A stretch of DNA of 64,000 nt from Candidatus Latescibacterota bacterium. Lineage in GTDB: Bacteria; Latescibacterota; UBA2968. This document shows, piece after piece, positions 39,329 through 50,489 of the stretch. Position numbers and translations under genes: made by a program. A model generated the notes under the pieces. It made no database searches. It saw only the letters and a list, made by a program, of their open reading frames with translations, and was not told the origin of the DNA. The number at the start of each line of letters is the position of its first letter. Within the stretch, counting starts at the first letter, position 1. The stretch covers positions 1,088,001 to 1,152,000 of the forward strand of contig OZ242195.1 in assembly GCA_965205975.1 (NCBI GenBank), given 5' to 3'.

Positions 39329-42166
39329 TTACAGGAGGATCTTGAGCATGTTGCTCAGTAAACGATCCGCTACCGGGTCTGTGCCCAGGTTTTCGACAAT
39401 GCGATGGGTACACAGGACATACTTGCCATTGCCGTGGGCGATTTGTGTCAGATCAGCGCCGTGAAAGGCTTCAGTGACGCCGATGTAGTTTTGTTTGTGT
39501 TTGAGGCCCGCATACCAGTCGTAGGTGATGTTGCCGCCGATCCAGTCGGTTTTGGGTTCTACAATGGACCACTGGGAGGAGATGTTTTGATATTCTTGTC
39601 CCATCAGGCAATTTGAGGGCAAGCCATCGTAGAAGGGGTGGTCTTTGACGACATGACTGCAAGGGGTCCATAATCCTTTGCCGGAGTAGAGTGATAGTGG
39701 GAATGGAAAGAGGATGTCTTTGTCGATGTGGCGAGACATGCGGCTTTTTCCCGGTGCCATTTTGAGAAGGTGCATGGCTGGCAGGTTGAGGAAGAGTGCT
39801 GTACCGCCGTTTTCAACCCATGTGGCGAGATCGGCGAAGCGGGTATCGGGTTTGCCGTTCCAGCCCTGGAGGTTGACGAGTGCGAGCTGGTCTGTGGGTG
39901 TTCGGGTGGAGAAGTCGGTGGTGTTGGAAAGATATCTGCCGAGTGCGCCGTTGAGGTCGATTGTCGCAAGGGGCACATCTGGAATGGCGGATTTGCTTTT
40001 GTCGAGGACGTAGATGCTGGACTGGTTTTTGATGGGGGCTGCGTCGTCAGATGTGAATGTCACTTCGATCTGGCATAGACCTTCAATGCCACGGGTGTTG
40101 ACTTCGTAAGTCGCCAGGTCTGTGATGCCGGTGGGTATTGTTATTTGTTCGTTTATGTCGAGAAGATTCTGTCCGTCGTTTGCGGTAACGCGAAGGGAGA
40201 GTGTGCCCGATAGATCGTTTTTGTCATTGACGGTGGTGAGCAGGATTTGAACGGTTTCGCCTGCATAGACATTTTGTTTGCCGGGGCGAATGGCGATATA
40301 ATGATCGGCGAATACTTCTTTGATGGCGTAATAGGGCTTTTTGGGATTGCGGAAGTTGTCGATTAAGCCAGCGCCGAGGACCCAGTCTCCGTCGTTGAGC
40401 GCGTGGATGCCGATACCCGCGATGTCGGGATTGATGCGGCAGGCTTCGGTCATGAGTTTGTTGCCTGTGGCGTGGATTTCCTGACAAGCTTGTACAAAGG
40501 CGTGGAAGTTGGGGAAAATTTGATCTGCTCCGGTTTCGCGGAAGACCGAGAGATACGAATTGAGGAGGCGTTCGTGCATGCGGTAATCCGGTGTGATGGG
40601 ATTGCCCTCTTTTTTGTACTGTTCAAAATTTGCTTCGAGGTCGGGGATACTGCCATACCCGAGTTCTGAGATATTGGTGAGCAAGTCGGGTTTAATTTTG
40701 CTGTTGGTGAACTGGGCAATTTCTAATCCCAGTTCTTTGAGTTGCGCCTCGGTTTTGCCGAGTGCGAGCAAATTGTCATAACTGCGTTGGGGAAAGGGCG
40801 TGCCGGGATAGTTGTGTACATCGTTGATGACAATGGGTTCGTAGGAGCCGGGAAGATAAATGCTGCATCCATCGGCAAATCCGCCTGCTTCGTCGATGAT
40901 CATGCGGGTGTGATCGCATTCACGCGCTTTTAAGGATACGCTGTGTTTGAGGCGTTTTAGTCCGTCGCGCATGATTTCGTTAAACATTTCCCAGATGACG
41001 ATGGAGGGATGGTTGCGGTCGCGTTTGACCATTTCCGTGGCTTCATTTTCGATGCGTTGTTGGGTGTATGGGGTAATCTGGGGCCAGTTGTCCATGCATT
41101 CGACGGGGAGTGCGCCTACAAATAGGACACCCATTTCGTCTGCGAGGTCATATACGATTGGCGGTTGGGGTTTGCGCCACGGGCGGATCATGTTGATGTT
41201 GCCGTCTTTGATGAGTTGAAATTCTTTTTTTAGAAGATTGAGGTCGCGTGGGTATGCGAGGGAGTGTGGATAGAAGGCTTCGTTGAAGGTGGTCTTGAGG
41301 ATGATTTTTTCGCCGTTTAAGTAGAAGTTTTTGCCTTTGGCTGTAAATTCTCGGAAGCCGAAGCGCGTTTTTTCAATATCTGAGGTTTCGCCCTCAAGGG
41401 CGACTGTGGTGGTGGCGACGTAGAGATTGGGATCGTCGAGTTGCCAGAGTTTGTGGTTTGGGATAGTGAATATTTCTTCGCGGTGGCTTGTGCCGGGATT
41501 CAGGCTGAGCGTTTCTTGTCCAGAGGCGATCTGTGTGTCGCTTTTGTATTCGGTGATTGACCAGGTGATGGTCGCGGATTGTATTCTCAAATCTCGATTT
41601 TGAAATGTGTTGGCGATGTTGACTTCGCCCGTGTGGATGTCGGATGTAACGAATGTGTCGTCAACGTACACTGGCCCCGTAGCGATGAGGGAAACCGATT
41701 GCCAGATGCCACCGGCGATTGCGCCGCGCCAGTGGGGCATGTCATCGCGGCCTATGCCATCAATGACTACGTCTCGGAGGATGAGGGGCGTGATGACGCG
41801 AACAGCGATGAAGTTTTCGCCTTCGGTTAAGAGGTCGTCTATCAAGAGTTCAAAGCCGATGTATCCGCCTTCGTGTGCGCCAGCGGCTTCGCCATTGACC
41901 CAGATTTCTGCGCGGTAGTTGACTGCTTCAAAATGCAGGCGGATGGTTTTGTTTTGCCAGTTATCAGGAAGTGTGAAGGTTTTGCCATACCAGGCGACGC
42001 CTTCGTAATCTTGTTTGAATTCTTCGAGACATGCGGGAACGGTTATTTGCTCTAAGTCTTCGCAGGCGTAAAAATTTTCGCGGTGCAGTAAGTTGAGCGT
42101 GCGGCCCTTGTTGTCGTGATCGTAAATAACTTGCCAGGTTCCGTCGAGTGAGTGGGTTTGTTTCAT
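39329..42166 (-). CDS. Glycoside hydrolase family 2
   Basis: SLDGTW, LHFEAVNY, HEGGY, FGFREF, RDRNHPSIVIWEMFNE and ISELG motifs. Confidence 0.92.
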   Translation of the reverse strand: MKQTHSLDGTWQVIYDHDNKGRTLNLLHRENFYACEDLEQITVPACLEEFKQDYEGVAWYGKTFTLPDNWQNKTIRLHFEAVNYRAEIWVNGEAAGAHEGGYIGFELLIDDLLTEGENFIAVRVITPLILRDVVIDGIGRDDMPHWRGAIAGGIWQSVSLIATGPVYVDDTFVTSDIHTGEVNIANTFQNRDLRIQSATITWSITEYKSDTQIASGQETLSLNPGTSHREEIFTIPNHKLWQLDDPNLYVATTTVALEGETSDIEKTRFGFREFTAKGKNFYLNGEKIILKTTFNEAFYPHSLAYPRDLNLLKKEFQLIKDGNINMIRPWRKPQPPIVYDLADEMGVLFVGALPVECMDNWPQITPYTQQRIENEATEMVKRDRNHPSIVIWEMFNEIMRDGLKRLKHSVSLKARECDHTRMIIDEAGGFADGCSIYLPGSYEPIVINDVHNYPGTPFPQRSYDNLLALGKTEAQLKELGLEIAQFTNSKIKPDLLTNISELGYGSIPDLEANFEQYKKEGNPITPDYRMHERLLNSYLSVFRETGADQIFPNFHAFVQACQEIHATGNKLMTEACRINPDIAGIGIHALNDGDWVLGAGLIDNFRNPKKPYYAIKEVFADHYIAIRPGKQNVYAGETVQILLTTVNDKNDLSGTLSLRVTANDGQNLLDINEQITIPTGITDLATYEVNTRGIEGLCQIEVTFTSDDAAPIKNQSSIYVLDKSKSAIPDVPLATIDLNGALGRYLSNTTDFSTRTPTDQLALVNLQGWNGKPDTRFADLATWVENGGTALFLNLPAMHLLKMAPGKSRMSRHIDKDILFPFPLSLYSGKGLWTPCSHVVKDHPFYDGLPSNCLMGQEYQNISSQWSIVEPKTDWIGGNITYDWYAGLKHKQNYIGVTEAFHGADLTQIAHGNGKYVLCTHRIVENLGTDPVADRLLSNMLKILL

Positions 42167-42373
42167 GGGTTGAAAAGTTCCTTTTCGTTTGGTGAGACCA
42201 AATAACAGATAGAATGATAAAACGCAATTTAGTTTACAAATGTATGTAAATCAAGTTTTCCAGGAGATTACCGATTATTTGTTTTTAGTATTCTCCTTGA
42301 CACTTCTTCTTGAACGTAGTAGATAAGATCGACAGATCGAATGTCGGCAAAAGGCCATACGACAGGAGGAATT

Positions 42374-43759
42374 ATGGCGCCCAATATTGTTTTGTTTCTT
42401 ACGGATCAGTTGAGACGCGATGCGTTGGGGTGTTATGGCAATGAGATTTGTCAGACGCCCAATCTGGATCGACTCGCAGAGGAGGGTGTGCGATTTGATC
42501 AGGCATATACCACAAGCCCTGTTTGTTCACCTGCACGCGCTTCTTTGATGAGCGGTCTTTATCCGCACAATCACGGGGTGATGCTCAATACGCATATTGC
42601 GCCTGCGTGGAATAGGGGATTGTCAACAGATGTGCCGACGTTTAGCCGTTTGCTCAAAGAGGCGGGGTATGTGCTGGATTATGCGGGGAAGTGGCATGTC
42701 CATCAGGATATGGGACCTGAGGAATACGGCTTTGATCGGCATGAGATGGGGAGGGGAGGACGTGGGCAAATAGTCCCTGGTACAGAACTGACGGTTGAGT
42801 TTCCCGGAAGTTCTTTTCCTGTGGCGGGTACAGGTGAGATGCTACCAGAAGAATACAAAACGTGGCAGGTAACGGATTGTGGGATCGAGATGTTGCGCGA
42901 ACGGGCAGGAGGAGACAAGCCGTTTTTTTTGCGCATTGATGCAACAGCACCTCATTTTGCCAATATTGTGCCGGAGCCTTATGCGTCGATGTACGACCCT
43001 GAATCCATTCCACCCTGGCCAAATTTTGACGAATCCTTTGAAGGCAAACCCGCGGCTCATTTGCGAAAACATCGAGAGTGGAATCTCCAAGATAAAGATT
43101 GGGCGTGGTGGCGACAGGTGGTTGCCAAATATTATAGTGATGTGTCTCTGATCGATACATGCGTGGGGCGCGTGTTGGATGTGATACGGGAATGTGGGAT
43201 TGAGGATAATACGATATTTCTTTTCAGTACAGATCACGGTGATGCCACGGGCAGTCACAAGCATTTTGAAAAATCGGGTACAATGTACGATGAAGTGTTT
43301 CGGATTCCGCTGCTGATGAAAGTGCCAGGGGGTGTGAGTCGCAATGTGTCGCAATTTGTTCGGCTGATGGATTTGATGCCTACATTTGTCGAATGGGGTG
43401 GTGGAAAATTGCCCGATGGATTGGATGCGAGGAGTTTGGTACCGCTTGTGAATGGCGATGATCCCGACGATTGGGCAGATAGCGTGTATTGCGAAAGCCA
43501 CGGTGAGGTGTGGGGATATAGCTCGCAGCGAATGGTGCGGACAGAGAAATGGAAATACGTATATACACCTCATGATCTGGATGAATTATACGATCTCGAA
43601 GCCGATCCCGCGGAGATGAATAATCGAATTGATGACCCGATGTGCGCCGATGTGTTAGAGAATATGAAAGGTCGTTTGTTGGGATGGAATGACGCGACCA
43701 ATGATATGTTTCAATGGCATTGGGTGAGATTCAATTTTCCCGAGCCAATTGCGCCGTAA
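42374..43759 (+). CDS. Sulfatase (S1)
   Basis: CSPARAS, GKWH and STDHG motifs. Confidence 0.94.
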   Translation: MAPNIVLFLTDQLRRDALGCYGNEICQTPNLDRLAEEGVRFDQAYTTSPVCSPARASLMSGLYPHNHGVMLNTHIAPAWNRGLSTDVPTFSRLLKEAGYVLDYAGKWHVHQDMGPEEYGFDRHEMGRGGRGQIVPGTELTVEFPGSSFPVAGTGEMLPEEYKTWQVTDCGIEMLRERAGGDKPFFLRIDATAPHFANIVPEPYASMYDPESIPPWPNFDESFEGKPAAHLRKHREWNLQDKDWAWWRQVVAKYYSDVSLIDTCVGRVLDVIRECGIEDNTIFLFSTDHGDATGSHKHFEKSGTMYDEVFRIPLLMKVPGGVSRNVSQFVRLMDLMPTFVEWGGGKLPDGLDARSLVPLVNGDDPDDWADSVYCESHGEVWGYSSQRMVRTEKWKYVYTPHDLDELYDLEADPAEMNNRIDDPMCADVLENMKGRLLGWNDATNDMFQWHWVRFNFPEPIAP

Positions 43760-43781
43760 ATAACGGAAACAAAGGTAAAGC

Positions 43782-44711
43782 ATGGAATATCGCGAGTTGG
43801 GAAAAACGGGTTTGAAAGTCTCGGTGTTGAGTTACGGGGCATCTGGTTTGGGCAGTATTTATGGAACGCCCGATGAAGCTCGGGGAATCAAAGCTGTGCA
43901 TACAGCAATTGACTGTGGAATCAATTTGATTGATACCTCGCCGCTTTACGGTGGCACAAAATCGGAGCGTGCGCTGGGGAAGGCTTTGAAGGAGATCCCG
44001 CGAGACAAATATTATCTGGCAACCAAAGTTGGACGTTACGCAGGTGGGGTGTCCGATTTTTCAGCCGGACGAATTGTGGAAAGTATGGATGAAAGTCTTA
44101 TGCGACTGGGGTTGGATTATGTGGATATTTTCCAGTGTCACGATATCGATTTTGTCTCGCTGGACCAGATCGTAGAAGAAGCACTTCCCACTTTGCGGCG
44201 GTTGCAAGAACAGGGGAAGACCAGGTTTGTTGGTATCACTGGATTTCCGTTAAAAGTCTATCGATATGTGCTCGATAGGACGGATGTGGATACGGTGCTG
44301 TCGTTTTGCCACTATATGCTACATGATACGTCCTTTGAAATGCTGGTGCCTTATTTAAGGAAAAAGGGCGTGGGGATGATCAATGCTTCACCTTTGGGGA
44401 TGGGACTATTCACTGAACGCGGACCAGCGCCAGGTCACCCCGCTACCGAAAAGATCAAGCGGGTTTGTGCAAAAGCGGTGGCGTTTTGCAAGCAGAAAGG
44501 CGAGAACATTTCTAAGCTGGCTATGCAATTTGGATTGGCCAATCCAGATTTTGCAACGACGCTGGTCGGTACAACACGGCCTGAACATTTGAAAGAGAAT
44601 ATCGAGTGGTTAGAATCGCCGATTGATGAAGCATTACTTGCTGAGGTACTTGAGATCCTGAAGCCGATACAGAACACAACCTGGACGCGTGGACTGCCAG
44701 AGAACAATTGA
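43782..44711 (+). CDS. Aldo/keto reductase (L-galactose/L-fucose dehydrogenase-like)
   Basis: YRELGKTGL, DTSPLYG, TKVGRY and CHDI motifs. Confidence 0.9.
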   Translation: MEYRELGKTGLKVSVLSYGASGLGSIYGTPDEARGIKAVHTAIDCGINLIDTSPLYGGTKSERALGKALKEIPRDKYYLATKVGRYAGGVSDFSAGRIVESMDESLMRLGLDYVDIFQCHDIDFVSLDQIVEEALPTLRRLQEQGKTRFVGITGFPLKVYRYVLDRTDVDTVLSFCHYMLHDTSFEMLVPYLRKKGVGMINASPLGMGLFTERGPAPGHPATEKIKRVCAKAVAFCKQKGENISKLAMQFGLANPDFATTLVGTTRPEHLKENIEWLESPIDEALLAEVLEILKPIQNTTWTRGLPENN

Positions 44712-44725
44712 AAATACAAGTTGAT

Positions 44726-45823
44726 CTATACTGCGTATTGCTCCACCGCTTCGGGGTCCAGTTCCAGGCCCAGACCCGGTTTGTCGGGATTGGGTGACCA
44801 GACGCCATTGACCGGCTCGGAAAATTCTGTGTAGGTTATCCGGTCTGATTCTTCCACCGTGCCGAGGTATTCCACTATTCGTAGATTCGGGGTCGCGCAA
44901 GCCAGGTGCAGGTGAATGAGCTGGTAGGCGTGTGGCGCAACGGGCAGGTTGAAGGCGTGGGCAAGGTGTGCCACTTTCATCCATTCGGTGATGCCGCCGA
45001 CCCGGCCCACATCGGGTTGGACGATATCCGCTCCGCCCCGGGCGATGAGGTCTTTAAAGCCGTATTTGGTGTACTCGTGTTCGCCGGTTGCGATGGGAAT
45101 CGCGGTGGCACGGGCAATGGCGGCCAGGCCTTCGATGTCATCGGCCAGCACGGGTTCTTCAAACCAGCCGATGTTGTATTCCTCAAACGTCTGGGCCATG
45201 CGAATGGCTTGCTTGGCGTAGTACCCATTGTTTGCGTCGATGAGAATCTCTATGTCATCGCCCAGTGCTTTCCGCACCGCGGACAGTCGCGCCAAATCTT
45301 CACCCTCACTTCGCCCAAAATCTTTGCCGACCTTCATTTTGACGGACTTCATGCCGCGTTCTACATAGCTGGCCTGTTCGGCAATTAATTCATCTATGCT
45401 GAAGTGGGTCCAACCGCCGCTACCGTAAACCGGGACGGTGTCCGTATAAGGGCCGAGCAGTTTGTAGAGGGGGGTTTGATAATACCTGGCTTTCAGGTCC
45501 CACAGGGCAATATCGACTGCCGAAAGGGCACAAAAGGCCAGGCCTTTGCGGCCCACCCCGCGTATGCGCCAGAACATGTCGTCCCACAACTGTTCTATGT
45601 TGAGTGGGTCCTGACCTATTAGAATGGGTTTGAGCGACCCTTCGATGATCTCACGGGCGGCCTGTGCGCCTCCTCCGGTGCCCAGTCCTTCCAATCCCTC
45701 GTCGGTGATGATGTGGACAAAGCACTGTGTTCTGCCCTGTTCAAGGTGACGAATGGTGGCGTCCTGGATGCCTGTCAGATGAGGCATCGATAGGACGGTT
45801 GTTTTTACATCTGTAATTTGCAC
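44726..45823 (-). CDS. Mandelate racemase/MLE family enzyme
   Basis: KMKVG, DAN, WFEEP, TGEHE and APH motifs. Confidence 0.93.
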   Translation of the reverse strand: MQITDVKTTVLSMPHLTGIQDATIRHLEQGRTQCFVHIITDEGLEGLGTGGGAQAAREIIEGSLKPILIGQDPLNIEQLWDDMFWRIRGVGRKGLAFCALSAVDIALWDLKARYYQTPLYKLLGPYTDTVPVYGSGGWTHFSIDELIAEQASYVERGMKSVKMKVGKDFGRSEGEDLARLSAVRKALGDDIEILIDANNGYYAKQAIRMAQTFEEYNIGWFEEPVLADDIEGLAAIARATAIPIATGEHEYTKYGFKDLIARGGADIVQPDVGRVGGITEWMKVAHLAHAFNLPVAPHAYQLIHLHLACATPNLRIVEYLGTVEESDRITYTEFSEPVNGVWSPNPDKPGLGLELDPEAVEQYAV

Positions 45824-46000
45824 GGTGATGTTCTCCTGAAGGGTGTTATGATATTATGATCTGCTGCATCTATTTAGACCAGAAGACGCCAACCCGTGTT
45901 CCCATTACTCTGGAAAGGCTGCGTAGTGATATGAAGAATGCCCTTGACAGAAGAGTATGCTTTTTAAATCATATCAAAGAAAGGAGGAGGATAAGATAGA

Positions 46001-46795
46001 ATGAGTGAGACAGCTAATCTACATTGGTCTTTTAACCACGACAGAACAGAGCAGTCTCCAGATTTCTCGCAACAGCTTCGCTCTCTGGTAAAGGGGACGC
46101 TGGAAGCGACTGCCTCCGGGGATCGTGGAGGCGCAGTCACCCGCTATACGATTCTCCCCAACTTCAGGCGTGGCTATAAAGGCCGGACAGAGGATAATGA
46201 CCTGTCCGTGGGCGAGGTGGTGATCCGCCGGACGGTTGAGGATGAGAAGCGCCTGAACTATTCTGTTGTGTACAGAAACGCGGCGAGTGGAGAACTTATG
46301 GATATGAAATTTACATCCAATAGGGATGCATTTCGCACGTTGACTGGCGCCTGGTCTGTGCAAGTAGAGAACTGCGCGGGGGACGGCTACAAGGAATTTG
46401 CCTGCGACGGACGTCTCGAGGAGGACAGCTCTGTTTTCCTTACGGCCAATGGACTGGATTTGCAGGCGGGTTTGGCCGATCTATCCGCACCACTGACCTG
46501 CAACTGGACGCTGTTCGATGTGATTCCCGCGCTTTCAGATGGCTTGCGGGATTCTGGTGAGGCACAGAGGCTGACGATCCTGGAGGATCTCGAAAAAGTC
46601 CGAAACAACGGGCAAGTTCGTTTTCTCGAGTCGTATGATTTGCAGTTGGACAGCGGTTCGGTTGCACTTGATGGATACGCCCTTATTGCAGAAGGGATGA
46701 CGCCTTCTTATTGGTGGCTGGATGCGCGTGGAAGGGTGCTTATCGCGGCCACTTTGTATCAAACCACAATCCTGACTGGAGGCGAAAATGCCTGA
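46001..46795 (+). CDS. Hypothetical protein overlapping a sulfatase; distant paralog of 5184-5891
   Basis: Strong SD, 8-bp overlap with 46788, and shared motifs with the 5184 ORF. Confidence 0.82.
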   Translation: MSETANLHWSFNHDRTEQSPDFSQQLRSLVKGTLEATASGDRGGAVTRYTILPNFRRGYKGRTEDNDLSVGEVVIRRTVEDEKRLNYSVVYRNAASGELMDMKFTSNRDAFRTLTGAWSVQVENCAGDGYKEFACDGRLEEDSSVFLTANGLDLQAGLADLSAPLTCNWTLFDVIPALSDGLRDSGEAQRLTILEDLEKVRNNGQVRFLESYDLQLDSGSVALDGYALIAEGMTPSYWWLDARGRVLIAATLYQTTILTGGENA

Positions 46796-48242
46796 TCGGC
46801 CGAATATTCTGTTTATTAATACGGATCAACACACATGGGATGTGGTGTCGGCTTATGGCTACCCTTATGTGAAGACGCCAAATATCGATCGGATCGTACG
46901 CAACGGTGTTTCTTTTATGAGATCGTACTCCACCGATCCCGTCTGCGGACCGACAAGAGCCAGTTGGATGACCGGGCGGTACACTTCAGAATTGGGAACG
47001 CCGTTTAACGGGGGTCATTTGCACGAGGATATCCCGGATCTGGGTCAGGTTCTCAACAGTAATGGCTACCAGGCGTTTCATTCGGGCAAATGGCATGTCG
47101 ATGGACGCGATGTCCGGAATTCGTTTCAACTTCTCTATATCGGGAACCGCCCGATTGGGGCTGGTGGGGGCGAGTACTACGACGGGGCAATTACGCATGC
47201 CGCGATTGATTTCTTGAGTCGATACGATGATTCGGACCCCTTCTTCCTGCAGGTGCCTTATGTAAATCCGCATGACATTTGTCAATGCGAGCACGATCAT
47301 GAAGAGAAGACCATCCCGGACCCCATCGCGCAGGGAATATTGAGCGAAGAGGACCTGCCGCCATTGCCAGCGAATTTCCATTACGATGAACGCGAGACAG
47401 TGGTCCACAAGGTGGCGCGCAGGATGGATGAGTGCCTGATCCACTGGCCGATTTTGCGAAAAGTGCGCCATTGGTCCGAGGTCCAGTGGCGATACCTGAT
47501 GTGGCAGCACCACCGCCTGGTCGAGAAAGTAGATAGCGAAATCGGATTGCTTCTCGAGGCACTGGACAAAAGTCGGTTCCGCGATAACACGTTGATCATG
47601 TTTACCATGGATCACGGGGAGGCGTATGGGCAGCACCAGATGTTTCAGAAATTCTCGCTCTACGAAGCGAGTGTGCGTGTTCCGTTCATTGTCGCTTCTC
47701 TGGGCGACGATCTGGATGTGCCCAAGGATCTTAGGGACGAGGCCCATTTTGTTTCGGGTGTGGATCTGTTTCCCACTGTGTGTGATTATGCAGGTATTGA
47801 TATAGTAGATGGCGTGCAGGGCCTGAGCCTGAAGCCGCTGGTAGAAGGTCAGAACCCTGCGTGGCGGGAGTTTGCGTACATCGAGAGCAATGGCTGGGCG
47901 CGGTCGCTTGTGTTTGATCGCTACAAGTATGTCGGCGAGTATATCCCCTATGGGACGGAGCAAGACCTGGATCCGATTGGACCAGACCCGGACCGAATTG
48001 GGCTGGAACAGGTGTTTGATCTGATCGAAGATCCCGATGAGACGCACAATCTGGCATATCAGCCGGAAATGCGGGACAGGCTCAAAAGATTCAGGCAATT
48101 GATGATGGATTTTGAGGGGCAACTGAATCGGCGAAGGATGACGGCCAAACGGCCTGCTACACAATTGCTCAATTGGGGAACGCAAATTCGGGAATATTGG
48201 GATGCACATCCCGAGTTGGAGGGGATGCGGATACAGTTTTAG
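46788..48242 (+). CDS. Sulfatase (S1), same subfamily as 5888-7198
   Basis: CGPTRAS, PDLGQ and GKWHV.GRDV motifs. Confidence 0.94.
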   Translation: MPDRPNILFINTDQHTWDVVSAYGYPYVKTPNIDRIVRNGVSFMRSYSTDPVCGPTRASWMTGRYTSELGTPFNGGHLHEDIPDLGQVLNSNGYQAFHSGKWHVDGRDVRNSFQLLYIGNRPIGAGGGEYYDGAITHAAIDFLSRYDDSDPFFLQVPYVNPHDICQCEHDHEEKTIPDPIAQGILSEEDLPPLPANFHYDERETVVHKVARRMDECLIHWPILRKVRHWSEVQWRYLMWQHHRLVEKVDSEIGLLLEALDKSRFRDNTLIMFTMDHGEAYGQHQMFQKFSLYEASVRVPFIVASLGDDLDVPKDLRDEAHFVSGVDLFPTVCDYAGIDIVDGVQGLSLKPLVEGQNPAWREFAYIESNGWARSLVFDRYKYVGEYIPYGTEQDLDPIGPDPDRIGLEQVFDLIEDPDETHNLAYQPEMRDRLKRFRQLMMDFEGQLNRRRMTAKRPATQLLNWGTQIREYWDAHPELEGMRIQF

Positions 48243-48281
48243 TTGGCACAACCACAGATACAAAAAAGAAAGGTTTAGCAG

Positions 48282-49574
48282 ATGAGTAAGACGACAGATG
48301 ACGATATCAAAGAACGGCCGAATATTCTGATTATTTTTACCGATGATCAGGGATATTCGGATCTTGGGTGTTTTGGAAACAAAAAGAACAAGACGCCACG
48401 GCTGGATCTACTGGCGAAGGAGGGCACCCGCTTCACCAGCTTTTACGCCCAGCCGGTGTGCGGTCCGTCGCGGTCGGCATTGCTCACCGGTCGCTATCCA
48501 GTCCGCAGTAAAGGCTGGGGGATGCCCGCCAGTGAGATCACCTTTGCCGAGTTGATGAAACCTTCAGGATACCAGACGGCTTGTATAGGTAAGTGGGATG
48601 TCTCGAACCGGAAGGAAATTATCGAGCGCATGCCGAACGCGCAGGGGTTTGATTATTATTACGGTACTCTTGGCGCAAACGACAATGGGTTTATAAAGCT
48701 TCACGAGAATAACACGGCGGTTGGTGAAACGGAAGACATGAGCTGTACGATTCGCCTGTACACCGATAAAGCGATTGATTTTCTGGAGAATCGCCGAGAT
48801 CCGAACAAGCCGTTTGTGCTCTATCTGGCGCATACGATGTTGCACACGATCATCGATGCATCTCCTGAGTTTAAGGGAAAATCGGCTGGTGGGCTATATG
48901 GGGATGTGGTTGAAGAGTTAGACCATGAGACCGGACGTTTGCTCGACAAATTGGACGCGCTGGGGCTGCGCGACAACACACTGGTGATCTATACTACGGA
49001 TAACGGACCGTGGTGCCAATCCAAGTACTATGAAAACAAGAAAGGCCACCCAGAGGGAGCCATCTTTTGGGGCGATCCCGGGCCGTTGCGTGCCGGTAAG
49101 GGATCCGCTTATGAAGCCGGATCTCGTGTGCCCTGTATTGTCCGCTGGCCGGGTAAAGTCCCGGCTGGGCGCACCTCGGATGCGCTCTGGGCCACGATTG
49201 ATTTAATGCCGACTTTTACCGCACTATCAGGTGTCAAACCGCCGATGGATCGCGTGATTGATGGCATTGATCAGACCGCATTGCTTTTGGGGCAGACCGA
49301 AGAAGGTCGAGAAACTTTTATCTATGATCAGGTGGGAGAAGGCGATGCCAATATGGGCGTCGGTATTAGAAAGAAAAATTGGAAGTTGCTGCTCCCTGGG
49401 CGCAAACCGGAACAAGACCATCGATTTCTGATGGATTTTGGAACAAATGGGCTGGAGTTATACGATCTGGATCGCGACATTGGCGAAAAAAACAACATCG
49501 CAGACGATCATCCTGAAGTTGTGAAAGAACTTCGTGAAACCTTAGACAGTTTTAAAAAAGGTGTAGTGGAATGA
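48282..49574 (+). CDS. Arylsulfatase-like sulfatase
   Basis: DDQGY, CGPSRS, GKWD and TDNG motifs. Confidence 0.93.
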   Translation: MSKTTDDDIKERPNILIIFTDDQGYSDLGCFGNKKNKTPRLDLLAKEGTRFTSFYAQPVCGPSRSALLTGRYPVRSKGWGMPASEITFAELMKPSGYQTACIGKWDVSNRKEIIERMPNAQGFDYYYGTLGANDNGFIKLHENNTAVGETEDMSCTIRLYTDKAIDFLENRRDPNKPFVLYLAHTMLHTIIDASPEFKGKSAGGLYGDVVEELDHETGRLLDKLDALGLRDNTLVIYTTDNGPWCQSKYYENKKGHPEGAIFWGDPGPLRAGKGSAYEAGSRVPCIVRWPGKVPAGRTSDALWATIDLMPTFTALSGVKPPMDRVIDGIDQTALLLGQTEEGRETFIYDQVGEGDANMGVGIRKKNWKLLLPGRKPEQDHRFLMDFGTNGLELYDLDRDIGEKNNIADDHPEVVKELRETLDSFKKGVVE

Positions 49575-49590
49575 TGGAAAGGAGTAGAGA

Positions 49591-50382
49591 ATGGGTGCGT
49601 TTTATATCCCCGAAGATGCAGAGGCGCAGTTTGAAGAGCGCGGTTATTTTGTGGTTCGAAATCTGATTTCAGCCCAGGCAGTTGAGGCCGTGCGAAGTGA
49701 ACTTGAACGGGTCATCGCAGAAAAGCCGGAAGGATTCAGATTGACCACTGATCGCGCAGATGACACAGGTGTTGACGGTGATGCGGCGGTATGGGCTGTG
49801 GGTGATCGGGACCTTCATAGCCGGGTGCTTTGGGAGGAGTGGTTGACAGCAGAGAATGTGATTGCAATGAACCAACGCTTTCTGGGTGAGAATGTTCGTG
49901 TGCAAGGCACGCGTTTTTTTACGAAGCAGGCTCGAATCGGCGAATCGGTTCCTTGGCACCAGGACATTTGGTTGTGGGAGCGCGATGCCTCGCGTGGCAT
50001 CAGGCCACACAAGCGCGAACATTTTAATTGTTGGGTGGCTCTGGAGACTGTCGATCTGGAGAATGGGTGTTTGCATGTGATGCCAGGCGCCCACAAAGGC
50101 GACGTGATCGAACACGTGCAGTATGATGGGTTGCACCCAGAGATTCCGCGTGAGTTTTTGAAGGATAAGACGCCTGAACCTGTGCCCTTGGGGCCGGGCG
50201 ATGCTGTGATCTGGCATGCGCATATGTGGCATATGAGTCCACCGAATCCGAGTGATCGCACGCGATGGGGCGGTGTTATGATCACGTTTCGCGAAGAGAT
50301 GGCTGAAAAGGCGAATCAGGCCGATCGGGGAATGCTCATCCGCAATGGGATGGCGTGTTCTTATCCAGGACCGATTCGTTGA
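49591..50382 (+). CDS. PhyH family dioxygenase
   Basis: PWHQD, ENGCL..MPG.H and WH.S.PN motifs. Confidence 0.92.
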   Translation: MGAFYIPEDAEAQFEERGYFVVRNLISAQAVEAVRSELERVIAEKPEGFRLTTDRADDTGVDGDAAVWAVGDRDLHSRVLWEEWLTAENVIAMNQRFLGENVRVQGTRFFTKQARIGESVPWHQDIWLWERDASRGIRPHKREHFNCWVALETVDLENGCLHVMPGAHKGDVIEHVQYDGLHPEIPREFLKDKTPEPVPLGPGDAVIWHAHMWHMSPPNPSDRTRWGGVMITFREEMAEKANQADRGMLIRNGMACSYPGPIR

Positions 50383-50489
50383 GCCACATCTCCAGTTTTT
50401 CATTTTCAACCAGAGAACCAAATATGGCCGAACAAGAAGATTATACATCTGCCACAGCTTTTTTTAATCCTTAAACCAGTGAGTTGATT

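Noticed and set aside
46986..48263. 425-aa antisense ORF and similar long shadow ORFs (e.g. 10812-11771, 24172-25050)
   Set aside because: They lie opposite well-supported genes and show no recognisable motifs.
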